A stretch of 64,000 nt of DNA from the IMG/VR virus record IMGVR_UViG_3300020159_002453, positions 15,879 through 79,878 of that record. One strand, 5' to 3'. Numbering within the stretch: position 1 is the stretch's first letter; every line of letters starts with the position of its first letter. The translations under genes and the position numbers were made by a program. Under the pieces are notes generated by a model. It had not been told where the DNA came from. It saw only the letters and a list, made by a program, of their open reading frames with translations, and searched no databases. Origin of the DNA: a virus. Shown here piece by piece: positions 1-9,955 of this stretch.

Positions 1-829
1 CGGTATGCACGACAGTACCGTTTTGTACAGGGCTGTTAACAGCCCGTATACGAGAAAAATTAATGCCAATACCATAACGATTGGCAGTAGCAAAACCAAT
101 AGCATCATTACTCGCAAAAATCGATCTGAGTGTGTCATCTACAGTGATGAGCATGCACGAAGCATAACTCTTAAGTGTTGTACGCACCCCGGCCATAAGC
201 GGTGTCGGTAGATTAATCTTATGTTTGCTAAATGCATTGTAAGCTTTTTTAATATAATCTAAACGACGCTCTTTGTAATTTTTAAAGAGGGTCATCGCAA
301 TAAGCATGTATGCAAATTGCGGGGTCTCGAATATAGTCTTACTTACACGGTCTTGTACTAAATACTTCTCACAAAGTTGCTTAATACCGGCATAAGCAAA
401 GTCAAAGTCTCTATTATGATCAATAAAGTCGTTTAGCTTATCAAACTCTTTCTTGTCATACCAGTTTAGGATATCTGAATCATAAACTTTATTGTCTTCA
501 ATATTAACCTTTACAAAATCATAAAGCCTGGGTGCCCCTTTGCCGCCCCACACCTCTTTACGCAATTGGTAGTTAAGTAAACGAGATGCAACTTCTTGAT
601 ATTGAGGGGTTTGTTCAGAAATCAAACCAGCAGCAGCTTCAATAAGCGTGTTGTGAATATCTTTAGAGGTAATCCCGTCAAAGAATTGAAGGTGAGCATT
701 CATAGCGACTTGCTCAAAGGAAATACCTTTGATGTCGGTACAGGCCCATTGAAGTATTTTGTTAATTTTATCAGCAGAGAATTTCTCTCTCTTACCTGAG
801 CGTTTAACAATAGTAATTTCTTTCGACAT
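1..829 (-). CDS. nrdA: Ribonucleotide reductase class Ia alpha subunit, N-terminal part (runs off the window start)
   Basis: Manual translation (not in the ORF track): MSKEITIVKRSG (ATP cone) ... YLVQDR, ETPQF, LPTPLMAG, ASC, GIGINFSRIRA. Alternative in-frame ATG at 841. Confidence 0.93.
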   Translation of the reverse strand, partial: MSKEITIVKRSGKREKFSADKINKILQWACTDIKGISFEQVAMNAHLQFFDGITSKDIHNTLIEAAAGLISEQTPQYQEVASRLLNYQLRKEVWGGKGAPRLYDFVKVNIEDNKVYDSDILNWYDKKEFDKLNDFIDHNRDFDFAYAGIKQLCEKYLVQDRVSKTIFETPQFAYMLIAMTLFKNYKERRLDYIKKAYNAFSKHKINLPTPLMAGVRTTLKSYASCMLITVDDTLRSIFASNDAIGFATANRYGIGINFSRIRAVNSPVQNGTVVHT

Positions 830-897
830 AGGAGACGTCATGATAGTGGGGTTCTGAAAAAGTTCTAGCTCTTTCAGAGGAATATTATTTACTCAGC

Positions 898-1656
898 TTA
901 TACTTTTTTGTTGTACAACTCGAGCTTCTTAACTATGTATCTAACTATTTCACTTCGAACAATGTCTTCTTCGGTCAAATAAAATACATGAATTCCCTTG
1001 TTGGTGCTCTCTTCGTCGTTAAAAACGTTACACATTTTTTCAAAACCAGATTTGCCATTAATATCTGATTGCATTGGGTCCCCGCATATAAACAGTTTGC
1101 TAAAATGACCAACACGAGTGAGTAAGGTAGTGAGCTCTTTAAAGGTACTGTTTTGAGCTTCATCCATAATAATACCCTTAGCATTCCAACTTAAACCACG
1201 AAGATAACCAGTTGGCTTAGCGGCAATACGCTTCTCTTTTTGAAGTGTGTTTATATCGGATGTATCCAGCATTTCTTCAAGCTTTTCTAGTAATGGCTCA
1301 AGATATGGAGACAGTTTTTCGTTCGCGTCTCCTGGAAGAAATCCCATTTTGTTATCACTACTTTCAACAATACTTCGAATATATATTAAATCACTTACTT
1401 TTTTAAGATTCATTAGCTCAAGTACAGCTAAAACCGAGAGAAAGCTCTTACTACTGCCTGATGGACCGGATAAAAATACTACCTTAGTATTGTTATCTAA
1501 AGCAAGTTTTAAAAACTCTTTTTGCTTGTTTGTTAAATCCGGTCTTTGTCGAATAATTATTTGTCGAGTCAATTTCTCATTTTGGTGCACTATAAGACTT
1601 TTGTCTTTAGCAGGCAAATGGCTGTTCTGTTTAGAGGCCTTCTTTTTTTTGCTCAT
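898..1656 (-). CDS. phoH: PhoH-like ATPase
   Basis: GPSGSSKS P-loop, MGFLPG, YLRG, IMDEAQN, GDPMQSD, DIVRS motifs. Confidence 0.95.
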   Translation of the reverse strand: MSKKKKASKQNSHLPAKDKSLIVHQNEKLTRQIIIRQRPDLTNKQKEFLKLALDNNTKVVFLSGPSGSSKSFLSVLAVLELMNLKKVSDLIYIRSIVESSDNKMGFLPGDANEKLSPYLEPLLEKLEEMLDTSDINTLQKEKRIAAKPTGYLRGLSWNAKGIIMDEAQNSTFKELTTLLTRVGHFSKLFICGDPMQSDINGKSGFEKMCNVFNDEESTNKGIHVFYLTEEDIVRSEIVRYIVKKLELYNKKV

Positions 1657-1692
1657 CTGCTTAATACTTATACAAAAGACTAAATATTATAT

Positions 1693-1998
1693 ATGCTATT
1701 CGAAAATTTTAATACAAGAGTGAACGAGCTCTTAAAAGAATTTACCGAAACTTTTCCTGTAGAAGAGCAAAGCGGACGCTGCACTAAAGTTACCGGTCAA
1801 ATGTCTTCTACCCGTAAAGATAAAAAGTATATGCGCTGTACCCGAGTGAACGGTAAATTAAAACGGGTACACTACGGCGATCCTAACTTACGCATTAAGA
1901 AATCTAACCCATCTAAACGTAAGTCATTTAGAGCGCGCCATAAATGCTCTACTGCAAAGCCAGGCACCGCTAAATATTTTAGCTGTAAGAACTGGTAA
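1693..1998 (+). CDS. Small basic hypothetical protein, probably late/virion-associated
   Basis: 101 aa, KRKSFRARHKC motif. TAAATA lies 6 nt upstream of the ATG. Confidence 0.7.
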   Translation: MLFENFNTRVNELLKEFTETFPVEEQSGRCTKVTGQMSSTRKDKKYMRCTRVNGKLKRVHYGDPNLRIKKSNPSKRKSFRARHKCSTAKPGTAKYFSCKNW

Positions 1999-2682
1999 TT
2001 ACTGCTTAAAGTAACGGTCATGTATTATCATATGACCTCTTTGAGCTAAATTGAGACCTACTTCTCCAAAAGAGCCTTGGCCTTTATGATAGGCCGGAAA
2101 TGTAGTTATGTATCTATTGTTTTCTTTATCTCTGATCCGTTCTCCGACTGCTTGTAATTTGTAACCGGCGTTAACAGTCTTAAAACAAAAGTCTATATCT
2201 TCTCCATAACCTGGACTAAAGATTTCATCTAGATAGTTAAATTTCTCTAATATACTCTTTTGTAGACCCACACAAAAGAATGGGAAATATAGTTTACCAC
2301 CTGCATACATGTCAGCAGCGCAGGTAACTGACACTTGAGAGTCTTCTCTCAATGGGCTAATAAGCTGGTTTACCCATTCATGCCTTGGGGCATAAGTTAA
2401 AAACGTCACATCGGTGTTTAACAGTACAATATACGGGGTAGAAGCATGCTTTAATCCTATATTAGCTGCTTTAGTAAAACCAAGTGCATCTTTATACCAA
2501 ATAAAGTTTATATTCTTATGATCTAAACTTAAGAGATATTCAGCACTCTCTTTATCACTACCATTGCACACCACCAACACGTTTATAGAATCCATATGAG
2601 TTGTATCAATAATAGATTGTATACACTCTTTTAATAAGCTTACAGGCTTGTAAGCCGGTATTACTATAGTAACGTCATTCAT
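1999..2682 (-). CDS. GT2 family glycosyltransferase
   Basis: VTIVIPAY, LGFTKAANIGL, LLNTD, GEDIDFC. Likely start MNDVT at 2682. Confidence 0.9.
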   Translation of the reverse strand: MNDVTIVIPAYKPVSLLKECIQSIIDTTHMDSINVLVVCNGSDKESAEYLLSLDHKNINFIWYKDALGFTKAANIGLKHASTPYIVLLNTDVTFLTYAPRHEWVNQLISPLREDSQVSVTCAADMYAGGKLYFPFFCVGLQKSILEKFNYLDEIFSPGYGEDIDFCFKTVNAGYKLQAVGERIRDKENNRYITTFPAYHKGQGSFGEVGLNLAQRGHMIIHDRYFKQ

Positions 2683-2750
2683 GTAGTTAATTACAATAGG
2701 GTTACAAATATACAATAAGAGTAAAGATAAAGCCTGTTTTATACTTGTTC

Positions 2751-4247
2751 TTAGTATTCTGCGGTCCAATCAAATAGCATGTGACCGGAGTCGAATACTC
2801 TGTAGTGCTTATTATTGTACATATTCTGTACTTCAGTTAATTTAGAGTCAAAATGTTTTAATTTTTTATTTAAAACGGATTTACGAAAGTTAAACCGATG
2901 ATGTCTTTCTTTATAGCTTGGACCTAAACAGTACCAATAATTAGGCACGGTGTTTTTTACAAATTTAAAGCCTATTTTTTTGTATACATCCCCTTGGGAC
3001 CACCTTAAATCGCAGTAACTGTATACCCGAGTTGGTTTTTGCAATTCAATAAAACCTTTAAATAATTTACCGGCCGCCCCTAAAATATAAAAACTATTAA
3101 TTGAAGCAAATCTACTAAGCTCCCAACCGGCATCCATATTAACATAACCTAAAACTCGGCGCGGTCTAGCAAAAGTCATAACCGATACAAGTCTATTCTT
3201 CCAAAATAAGCCTAGATTAATCTGAGATTTATCCGCGCCCTGTATATGATATTTATTAAGAAATTTATTCTTAATAACGTTATCTATTTTTTTAACCACA
3301 CACACTCGCGCGCCAATTTTATATTTAACTTTTTGCAAGATATTTCTTAAACGAAAGAAAACAATATCCAGAGATTTATCGATTTCATCAGTAAAAATTT
3401 GCAGTAGTCTTATTTCTTGTTTGTTACAATCCTCGAGTTTATTGTATATATTTTGTGCTTCACTATGCCAATATAAACCATTAATTTCAATACCTATTTT
3501 TTGTTCCGGTAAATAAATATCTAATTCTTTTTTATTATTTAGTACAGCTCTCGTATTTTTTTCATAAGGCGTATTGAGTCTACATAAGCAGTCTCTTATT
3601 ATTTTTTCATAATTTGATGTCTTTGTATGACAATCCCAACACAGAGACTGAAAACGAAGCCTAGTGGTTTCGTCCTTGTTATTGTATCTAGGGGAAATCG
3701 AAACGTGATTAATCTTACAGTTATCACACTTAGGTACTGCTTTTAAATCTCTTTTAATTATATGTATTTTTTCTTCCCCTGTTAATTGCTCAGAATTAAT
3801 TTCAGTGTTACTATTAATGTATAGACTTAATCTTGCGTTCCATTTTTCACTTTTTGTAATATTTTTACATGTTGGGCGAGCTTTAATTTCTTGTACTACA
3901 TCAAAATCCGATAACGATAATATATCTATTTTTTCTGGCCAATTGCCAGTTATTTGACTACTGCCTTGACATTTTTTTGAGCAAAACTTCTGTAATCTAT
4001 TTGCCCCTTTAGCCAAATTTACTATCTGTTTATTACATACTATACATTGTGGTATATTTTTAATATCATTACGAATATAATACAAATACGTCTGTATAGT
4101 TGTTTCTTCATTAAATAAATTGTTATTTTTTGTATATTGTAATATCTTTTTAGAGAAAAAAGAATCCTTCTTTAGACCACGAAAATGGTCAACTGATTTA
4201 ATATATTCTTTAAATTCGCTATCGGACATAGTCTCTACTGGTTTCAT
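2751..4247 (-). CDS. Hef-like free-standing endonuclease with Zn-finger repeats
   Basis: ELDIYLP..KIGIEINGLYWHSE PD-(D/E)XK-type domain, FLNKYHIQG, WELSRFA, SYCDLRWS, several CxxC motifs. Very AT-rich and directly downstream of gp23. Confidence 0.75.
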   Translation of the reverse strand: MKPVETMSDSEFKEYIKSVDHFRGLKKDSFFSKKILQYTKNNNLFNEETTIQTYLYYIRNDIKNIPQCIVCNKQIVNLAKGANRLQKFCSKKCQGSSQITGNWPEKIDILSLSDFDVVQEIKARPTCKNITKSEKWNARLSLYINSNTEINSEQLTGEEKIHIIKRDLKAVPKCDNCKINHVSISPRYNNKDETTRLRFQSLCWDCHTKTSNYEKIIRDCLCRLNTPYEKNTRAVLNNKKELDIYLPEQKIGIEINGLYWHSEAQNIYNKLEDCNKQEIRLLQIFTDEIDKSLDIVFFRLRNILQKVKYKIGARVCVVKKIDNVIKNKFLNKYHIQGADKSQINLGLFWKNRLVSVMTFARPRRVLGYVNMDAGWELSRFASINSFYILGAAGKLFKGFIELQKPTRVYSYCDLRWSQGDVYKKIGFKFVKNTVPNYWYCLGPSYKERHHRFNFRKSVLNKKLKHFDSKLTEVQNMYNNKHYRVFDSGHMLFDWTAEY

Positions 4248-4290
4248 ATAATATAATTATACCATATCTAGTCAATATCAATATTAGTAC

Positions 4291-4322
4291 AATAAGAAAC
4301 CTCACTATTTCTAGTGAGGTTT
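4291..4322 (-). terminator. Intrinsic terminator after the major capsid gene
   Basis: AAACCTCACTA/TAGTGAGGTTT inverted repeat at 4297-4322. Confidence 0.75.
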
Positions 4323-4362
4323 GTAAAAATAATAACGTTAATTAACGTTAATATTGAATTAA

Positions 4363-5811
4363 TTAAAGAAACACAGACTGTGTTCCTGGTACGAAGCTTG
4401 TGCCAAGACCAGTCACGATAATGAGATGGTAGTAGAGATTTGCGCCGAAAATATGATCAATTACACCATAACGGGTCATTAAACCAACTCTTGGAGCGAA
4501 ATCGTTAGGACCAACGGTGCGTTGTACCAATACTGGGATGTATGGGCAGTAAACGATACCGGTGTCATAGTACTCTGTACCCTTATAGCCAAGAAGAGCA
4601 TATTCAAGAGCGGTACCACGGGTACCTACTTGATATTGAGCTTCGGTGCGGGTATCACGGTAAACGTTGAAACGGCCACCAACGGTACCAACTTTAGCGA
4701 TACCTACTGGTTGTGTGTTGACGTTACCTTGTACGGAGAACCATTGGAATTCTGGGAGCATTTCTAACATTGCGCAAACACGTGGGGTTGCGACGATGAA
4801 GTTTGCTGCACCACGACGATTACGGATAGCAACGCGGTTAGCTTCAACGATAATCTTGGCGTAGAAGTCACGATTACGTTCACCTAACCAACGGCCGTCA
4901 GCTGATACTGGAGACCAGACTGAGTAACCTTGACCGAAGCCAGCATTGATTGCTACTTGGCACATACGGATTACCATTTCGCGGTCGATTTCAGCTTGGA
5001 TTTCGTAACTCATCGCATTGGTGAGTTCGTTGTCGATGTCGATACCGTTCATGTTCTTGAGATCTTGCTCAAGTTCAACGGACCAACGAGCTGCTAAACG
5101 ACGTGTACCAGCTTCAACAGCTGTCTTTTCGAAAGCAACAACCATTTGCGGGATGTTACTTGAAAGCTCGAAGTTAGCTAAGAGATTTGCAACACCTTGG
5201 TCATTACCAACGATATTGAAAGCTTCAGAGCCTGTGATTGCTGTTGCGCCACCAGATAACCAACTTGCGGAAGTACCGGTAAAGCGGGTATTCATGTAAT
5301 TCCAGCCTACTTCGGTACCGTCTGTTGGTACTGTCCAACCTTGTGGGCTGTTAGAAGCTGCGCCGTAAGCGCCGTCTGGACTTGTTGCGCCGAGTGGGTC
5401 TGCTTCGTATTTGTAACGAAGAGCAAACGCAAGACCTACTGGACCACTCATTGGTTGAACGCCAACGATTTCGTTGGTGATCAATTCTGGGAAGGTACGG
5501 CGGATCATTGGAATAAGGATCTTCGGTAAGCGGGCATCACCAGAAGCGTAGAAGTCGCTAGATGGTTTACCGCCGAAGCCCATGGATGCAGCAGAACCGA
5601 AAGAGCCGCCCGCGCCAGCTGTGTTGCTAGCTTCTCTTAAGCACCATTGTTCTTGATTTTCAAGAAGAATAGCGGTGTTTAAGCGAGTGTGGTCGTCTTT
5701 GATTGCTGGGGTTGCTTCATCAGCATGGTCGAGCAATGGGGCCCACTTTTTAAGAAGGCTTGATGCACGATCTTGATTGATGTAAGATTGTGATGGTTTT
5801 ACTGATTTCAT
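4363..5811 (-). CDS. gp23: T4-like major capsid protein gp23
   Basis: KKWAPLL, TAILLENQ, GVQPMSGPVGLAFALR, ELEQDLK, YCPYIP, GLMTRYG. Confidence 0.98.
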   Translation of the reverse strand: MKSVKPSQSYINQDRASSLLKKWAPLLDHADEATPAIKDDHTRLNTAILLENQEQWCLREASNTAGAGGSFGSAASMGFGGKPSSDFYASGDARLPKILIPMIRRTFPELITNEIVGVQPMSGPVGLAFALRYKYEADPLGATSPDGAYGAASNSPQGWTVPTDGTEVGWNYMNTRFTGTSASWLSGGATAITGSEAFNIVGNDQGVANLLANFELSSNIPQMVVAFEKTAVEAGTRRLAARWSVELEQDLKNMNGIDIDNELTNAMSYEIQAEIDREMVIRMCQVAINAGFGQGYSVWSPVSADGRWLGERNRDFYAKIIVEANRVAIRNRRGAANFIVATPRVCAMLEMLPEFQWFSVQGNVNTQPVGIAKVGTVGGRFNVYRDTRTEAQYQVGTRGTALEYALLGYKGTEYYDTGIVYCPYIPVLVQRTVGPNDFAPRVGLMTRYGVIDHIFGANLYYHLIIVTGLGTSFVPGTQSVFL

Positions 5812-5884
5812 ATTGTAATAATATTTGTTTTAACTGACATACCTCAAGTTCTTGACAGAACTTCAACGATTAGAAATATACTTA

Positions 5885-5915
5885 TAAAAAAAGCCCCCTG
5901 TTTTAGGGGGCTTTT
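5885..5915 (-). terminator. Intrinsic terminator (potentially bidirectional) between gp22 and gp23
   Basis: AAAAGCCCCCT/AGGGGGCTTTT hairpin with A/T runs on both sides. The late promoter TATAAGTA of gp23 follows immediately on the minus strand. Confidence 0.85.
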
Positions 5916-5934
5916 GTAAAATAATCCGGATTGC

Positions 5935-6885
5935 TTAGTAAGCTTTCTTAGTAAGCTCTGTTACGTAAGCATTTGCTACGAAAGAAGCTCCGTCATTATC
6001 ATCTGCAGTTGAGAATGACTTAGATTCGTTAAGGGTTTCAACTGGAGCTGAAACATCTACCCCACGGGTCTTTGGCTTAGCGGATTCTTTAAGAGTGATG
6101 TTTTCATCTTCTTCTTTTTTGTCATACATCTCAGAGACGTAATTGAAGTTTTCTTTAATAGCTTCCATTTTCTTTTCAGAAAGAACACGGAGCATATAGT
6201 TTTTCTTAGCAGATGGAAAGTTTTCTAACTTCTTTTCTAAGAAAAGTTGTTTTTCAGCATTTGCGGCTCTTTCAGTAACAACTTGAAGTTGTTTTTCGAG
6301 TTGCTTTGAACGTACGACTGCTTCGTCAATTTGTTGCTTACCATCGATAAGTGCTTCTTTAACGCTTTCGTTTACAAACTCGTCACTAAGACCCACTAAA
6401 CGCTTAACTTCGTTAACAATCTTACGGGAACGAGCATTTTCAGTAGCTTCTTGAATTTGTTGAGCAGGAATTGCTTTGTCGATATAAAGGTCGATATAGT
6501 TTGAAAGCTGTTCAACTAATGTATTCTTAAAGTTACTAGCTTCTTGTTGAAGGGCATTTTCGTAAACATTAATAAGGTTACCAAGCTTTTCAGATTGGCC
6601 CTCATCAAGTACAGTAAGGGCATGTTGAAACTTAGCAGAGTGTGTTTCGTCAATACGAGCAACGATCTTATCGAGCTTTTCGGTATGATCAGCGTCGATA
6701 GCTTCTAATACTTGCTCAAGTTTGGTTGCGTATTCTTCGTCTTGTTTAACAAGAGCAGCTTCAACTGCGAGCTGAACTTTTTCCTCAGCTTTATTTTGAA
6801 TTGCTTCGGAGATAACTTTAAGGGTTTCTTCAGAAAGAAAGTCTTTAGTAGCTTCTTTCAAGAGAGTATTAATGTCTTTGCTCAT
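5935..6885 (-). CDS. gp22: Prohead core scaffold protein gp22
   Basis: Acidic coiled-coil protein between gp21 and gp23, with many L-x-E sites. Confidence 0.85.
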   Translation of the reverse strand: MSKDINTLLKEATKDFLSEETLKVISEAIQNKAEEKVQLAVEAALVKQDEEYATKLEQVLEAIDADHTEKLDKIVARIDETHSAKFQHALTVLDEGQSEKLGNLINVYENALQQEASNFKNTLVEQLSNYIDLYIDKAIPAQQIQEATENARSRKIVNEVKRLVGLSDEFVNESVKEALIDGKQQIDEAVVRSKQLEKQLQVVTERAANAEKQLFLEKKLENFPSAKKNYMLRVLSEKKMEAIKENFNYVSEMYDKKEEDENITLKESAKPKTRGVDVSAPVETLNESKSFSTADDNDGASFVANAYVTELTKKAY

Positions 6886-6968
6886 ATGATAATGTATTTA
6901 TATTTATTGTTCTAAGGGTCAAAATCCCAGTTAATCTTAAATTAAATCCTAAATTGGATAAAATGGGG

Positions 6969-7118
6969 TTATTTCTTAGCAGTTAATTTTTGTTGCGCAA
7001 CGCGAATACGGTGCTTAAGCTTTTCATTAACAATTTCAGCTAATGAGGAATCAGCTTTTTTAAAATTGTTACTACCAACATTGTTAATAAAATTGATGAT
7101 GTGGTTCTTTTCTTTCAT
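6969..7118 (-). CDS. Small prohead core protein (gp67-like)
   Basis: Manual ORF of 49 aa, MKEKNHIINFINNVGSNNFKKADSSLAEIVNEKLKHRI.., inside the head module. Confidence 0.55.
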   Translation of the reverse strand: MKEKNHIINFINNVGSNNFKKADSSLAEIVNEKLKHRIRVAQQKLTAKK

Positions 7119-7119
7119 A

Positions 7120-7779
7120 TTATTTAAGGTTGTTAATAAAGCGAATAATTTGCTCTCTTAAATAGAGATCTACGTCTTTACGTGGTAGCTTTGAAAGCTT
7201 ACCTTCAAATTGGTCATATACTTCTTCAAAGCGGCCATCTTGCTTAACAATAAAGCTCTTTGATTCGAGAATACCGTTAACAAATGCGCCGGGAGCTGAA
7301 GGATCAGCTACACAGTCAATAGTGATAAGCTTCATGTTCTCAACATGGTTAACACCTTCTTTGTTTTCTAATTGACCTAAAGCTCTTGAAGACATGCCCA
7401 TTTTTACACCGTCTTGTATAAGTGTACGCATAATCTCTCCCATTGGGGTACGTAAAATTTTGCTTTTGCCTTTAACCATGTTGCCTTCCATTCTTAATTC
7501 TGTGATTAAGTGGCAAGCACGTTCACTATTAACCGTAGCACTTTGTGGGTGCTCTAACTCTCCTAAAGCCCGGTTTTTAGAAACGAACTCTTCATTGTAA
7601 CGAGCTACCTCTTGGGCCATCTCGTTTCTGCTATAAATACGGTTGTTGCGATTTTTTTCTTCTGCAACCATGTACACCCCTGATACATACATATTTGCAG
7701 GCTTATCTTTGTTTCCTTCTTCAATTAAGAAATCAAGACCTTCCGTGATCGGCGTTTGCGTGATAAGCTTGAGCAGCAT
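7120..7779 (-). CDS. gp21: Prohead protease gp21
   Basis: KNRNNRIY, ALGELEHP, GMSSRALG, DCVADPSAPGAFV. Confidence 0.97.
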   Translation of the reverse strand: MLLKLITQTPITEGLDFLIEEGNKDKPANMYVSGVYMVAEEKNRNNRIYSRNEMAQEVARYNEEFVSKNRALGELEHPQSATVNSERACHLITELRMEGNMVKGKSKILRTPMGEIMRTLIQDGVKMGMSSRALGQLENKEGVNHVENMKLITIDCVADPSAPGAFVNGILESKSFIVKQDGRFEEVYDQFEGKLSKLPRKDVDLYLREQIIRFINNLK

Positions 7780-7806
7780 AATGTTTAATATTATTTAGGC
7801 GATCCC

Positions 7807-7834
7807 TTGCTTTTTCCCTGTTATTTTGTAATAT
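7807..7834 (+). promoter_or_regulatory. Sigma70-like early promoter with 16-nt spacer
   Basis: TTGCTT-N16-TAATAT, 7 nt before the GTG at 7842. Confidence 0.6.
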
Positions 7835-7841
7835 AACTGTA

Positions 7842-8903
7842 GTGAAACCAAAATATAGTATAATTATACCCACCTACAACCATCTAGAGGATTTTTTGGC
7901 TCCATGCCTACAAAGCATTATTAAGTATACCGATCTTAATACTGCCGAGGTGATTGTCGTAGCAAACGGTTGTGTGGATAGCACTCACAAATATGTAGAA
8001 GAACTTAGCTTAACATATCCTAGTATTAAGCTTATAGCTGAAGAAAAGGGGTTAGGTTACACCAAAGCTACTAACTTAGGTATTAAAGCTGCCCAAGGAG
8101 ATTATTTAATATTACTCAATAATGATACTGTGCTGTTAGACCAAAAACGTAATCAATGGATAGATATTATGGAAGAGCCATTTATTGATGATCCTAAGAT
8201 GGGTATTACCGGGCCACTATTACTTGGGGATAAAATTACCCAAGGCACCTTTATTGTATTCTTTTGTGCAATGGTTCCTAAGAAGCTATTTGATGAACTT
8301 GGCATACTTGATGAGATCTTTTCACCGGGTAGTGGAGAAGATATCGATTTCTGTGTACGTGCCGGTAAAGCTGGTTATAAGCACAAGATGGTTCCCGGTG
8401 AGCCATTAGAAAAGAAAGACAAGAAGATATATGCTGGATCGTTCCCTATCTATCACTATGCTGAAGGCACATTTGAACATGAAGAGAGCTACAGTAATGT
8501 AACATTTAAGCGTAATAGTTTAGTGAACCTGAAGCGTTACAATAACAACATTAAGTTGCATTTGACCCCATATGATGATAGTAAGATCTTTCCTACCCAT
8601 GTAAGGGCGCATAAGGATAGTAAATGTAGCGATGTCATACTTGAGTGGGATAATATGGATATGGATAGTAATACGGTAAACGAGATTGCATTGTACAACT
8701 CTATACAATATGCTATGGATAATCTTGATGTTTGCACTAAAGAGTGGTTTAGAGTGTTAAAACCAACCGGTAGAGTCGTAGCTATGATGCCAATGCAGTT
8801 TGCTGCAAAAGTTAAACAATCTCTTATTGATGCTGGTTTTAGATTTAACTGCATTCAAACTCACGATAACAAGAACGCATTTTTACAAGCAACCAAACCA
8901 TGA
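7842..8903 (+). CDS. GT2 glycosyltransferase with a degenerate C-terminal SAM-methyltransferase-like domain
   Basis: SIIIPTYN, LLNND, GEDIDFC. C-terminal KEWFRVLKPTGRV. Confidence 0.88.
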   Translation: MKPKYSIIIPTYNHLEDFLAPCLQSIIKYTDLNTAEVIVVANGCVDSTHKYVEELSLTYPSIKLIAEEKGLGYTKATNLGIKAAQGDYLILLNNDTVLLDQKRNQWIDIMEEPFIDDPKMGITGPLLLGDKITQGTFIVFFCAMVPKKLFDELGILDEIFSPGSGEDIDFCVRAGKAGYKHKMVPGEPLEKKDKKIYAGSFPIYHYAEGTFEHEESYSNVTFKRNSLVNLKRYNNNIKLHLTPYDDSKIFPTHVRAHKDSKCSDVILEWDNMDMDSNTVNEIALYNSIQYAMDNLDVCTKEWFRVLKPTGRVVAMMPMQFAAKVKQSLIDAGFRFNCIQTHDNKNAFLQATKP

Positions 8904-9955
8904 CTACTGATAAAGTAACAGCTACAGTATCTACAAAAGGTAGATACCATAATACATTTCCTCTAGTACTAACCTCACTAGCCAATCAAACACTCAAGCC
9001 TTCTCGTCTTATTATATATGATGATAATGATGCCTTAGAAGATTTGAGAGAGAACGAGATTTATAAGAACCTATTTGCTCTATTAAATAGAGTGGGTATT
9101 CAATGGGAAGTTACTGTGGGTGGCCGTAAAGGACAAATACATAACCATCAACGAGCATTAACTGATGTAAAGTCTGAATGGATCTGGCGATTGGATGATG
9201 ATAATGTAATGGAGACTGATACTCTAGAACGTTTATTCAGTCATACCCTCGGAGAAGCTAATAAAGACGTCGGCGCGGTTGGCCCATTGATTCTAGACCC
9301 TAAGAACCAAATTGGTCATTCAATGGCTTCTAATAAGATGGAAGATATCTTTTTTGGTCTTAACATACAGTGGGTGGATAATGGCTCTAATAAAGTCATT
9401 GAAGTAGATCACCTACAGGGCAGCACTTTTATATTCCGTACAGAAGCTGCTAAACACGGCTATGATCTAAGACTATCTAAAGTCGGTCACCGAGAAGAAA
9501 CCATTTTTACCCACGAAATTAAACGTGCAGGTTGGAGATTACTTGTTGATACGAGTATTAAGACCTGGCATATGCGTTATGGTGCGGGTGGTATTAGAAG
9601 TCAAAACAATGTTAAGTTGTTTGAAAATGATGAAAAGATATTCCATGACTATCTTAGAAAATGGAAGATAGAGCCGACTAAGCTCAAGGTAATACCTTTA
9701 GATAGCGGTATTGGAGATCACTACGCGTTTAGATCTATATTACCAAGCATTAAAGCTAAATTTAAAGACCATAGACTTGTTATCGGGGCATGTTACCCTG
9801 AGGTATTTAAAGATGAAACTGGTATTGAAATTATTAACCTATCAGAGGCTGCATCTTTTACTGATATAAAGGAACATAATATATATGGTTGGATGGATCG
9901 TCGTAACTGGAAGAAGTCTTTATCTGAAGCCTATAGAGCAAAATATACCCAATGA
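8900..9955 (+). CDS. GT-A glycosyltransferase fused to a GT9-like N-terminal domain
   Basis: LANQT, IYDD, RLDDD, HREET. C-terminal SGIGDHYAF motif. Confidence 0.8.
   Translation: MTTDKVTATVSTKGRYHNTFPLVLTSLANQTLKPSRLIIYDDNDALEDLRENEIYKNLFALLNRVGIQWEVTVGGRKGQIHNHQRALTDVKSEWIWRLDDDNVMETDTLERLFSHTLGEANKDVGAVGPLILDPKNQIGHSMASNKMEDIFFGLNIQWVDNGSNKVIEVDHLQGSTFIFRTEAAKHGYDLRLSKVGHREETIFTHEIKRAGWRLLVDTSIKTWHMRYGAGGIRSQNNVKLFENDEKIFHDYLRKWKIEPTKLKVIPLDSGIGDHYAFRSILPSIKAKFKDHRLVIGACYPEVFKDETGIEIINLSEAASFTDIKEHNIYGWMDRRNWKKSLSEAYRAKYTQ

Noticed and set aside
5-799. Plus-strand ORFs 5-211 and 596-799
   Set aside because: They are antisense shadows of the nrdA reading frame on the minus strand.
4522-5529. 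Several plus-strand ORFs inside gp23, and similar short ORFs inside gp20, gp43, uvsX and gp32
   Set aside because: They overlap well-supported conserved genes and have no motifs or expression signals.
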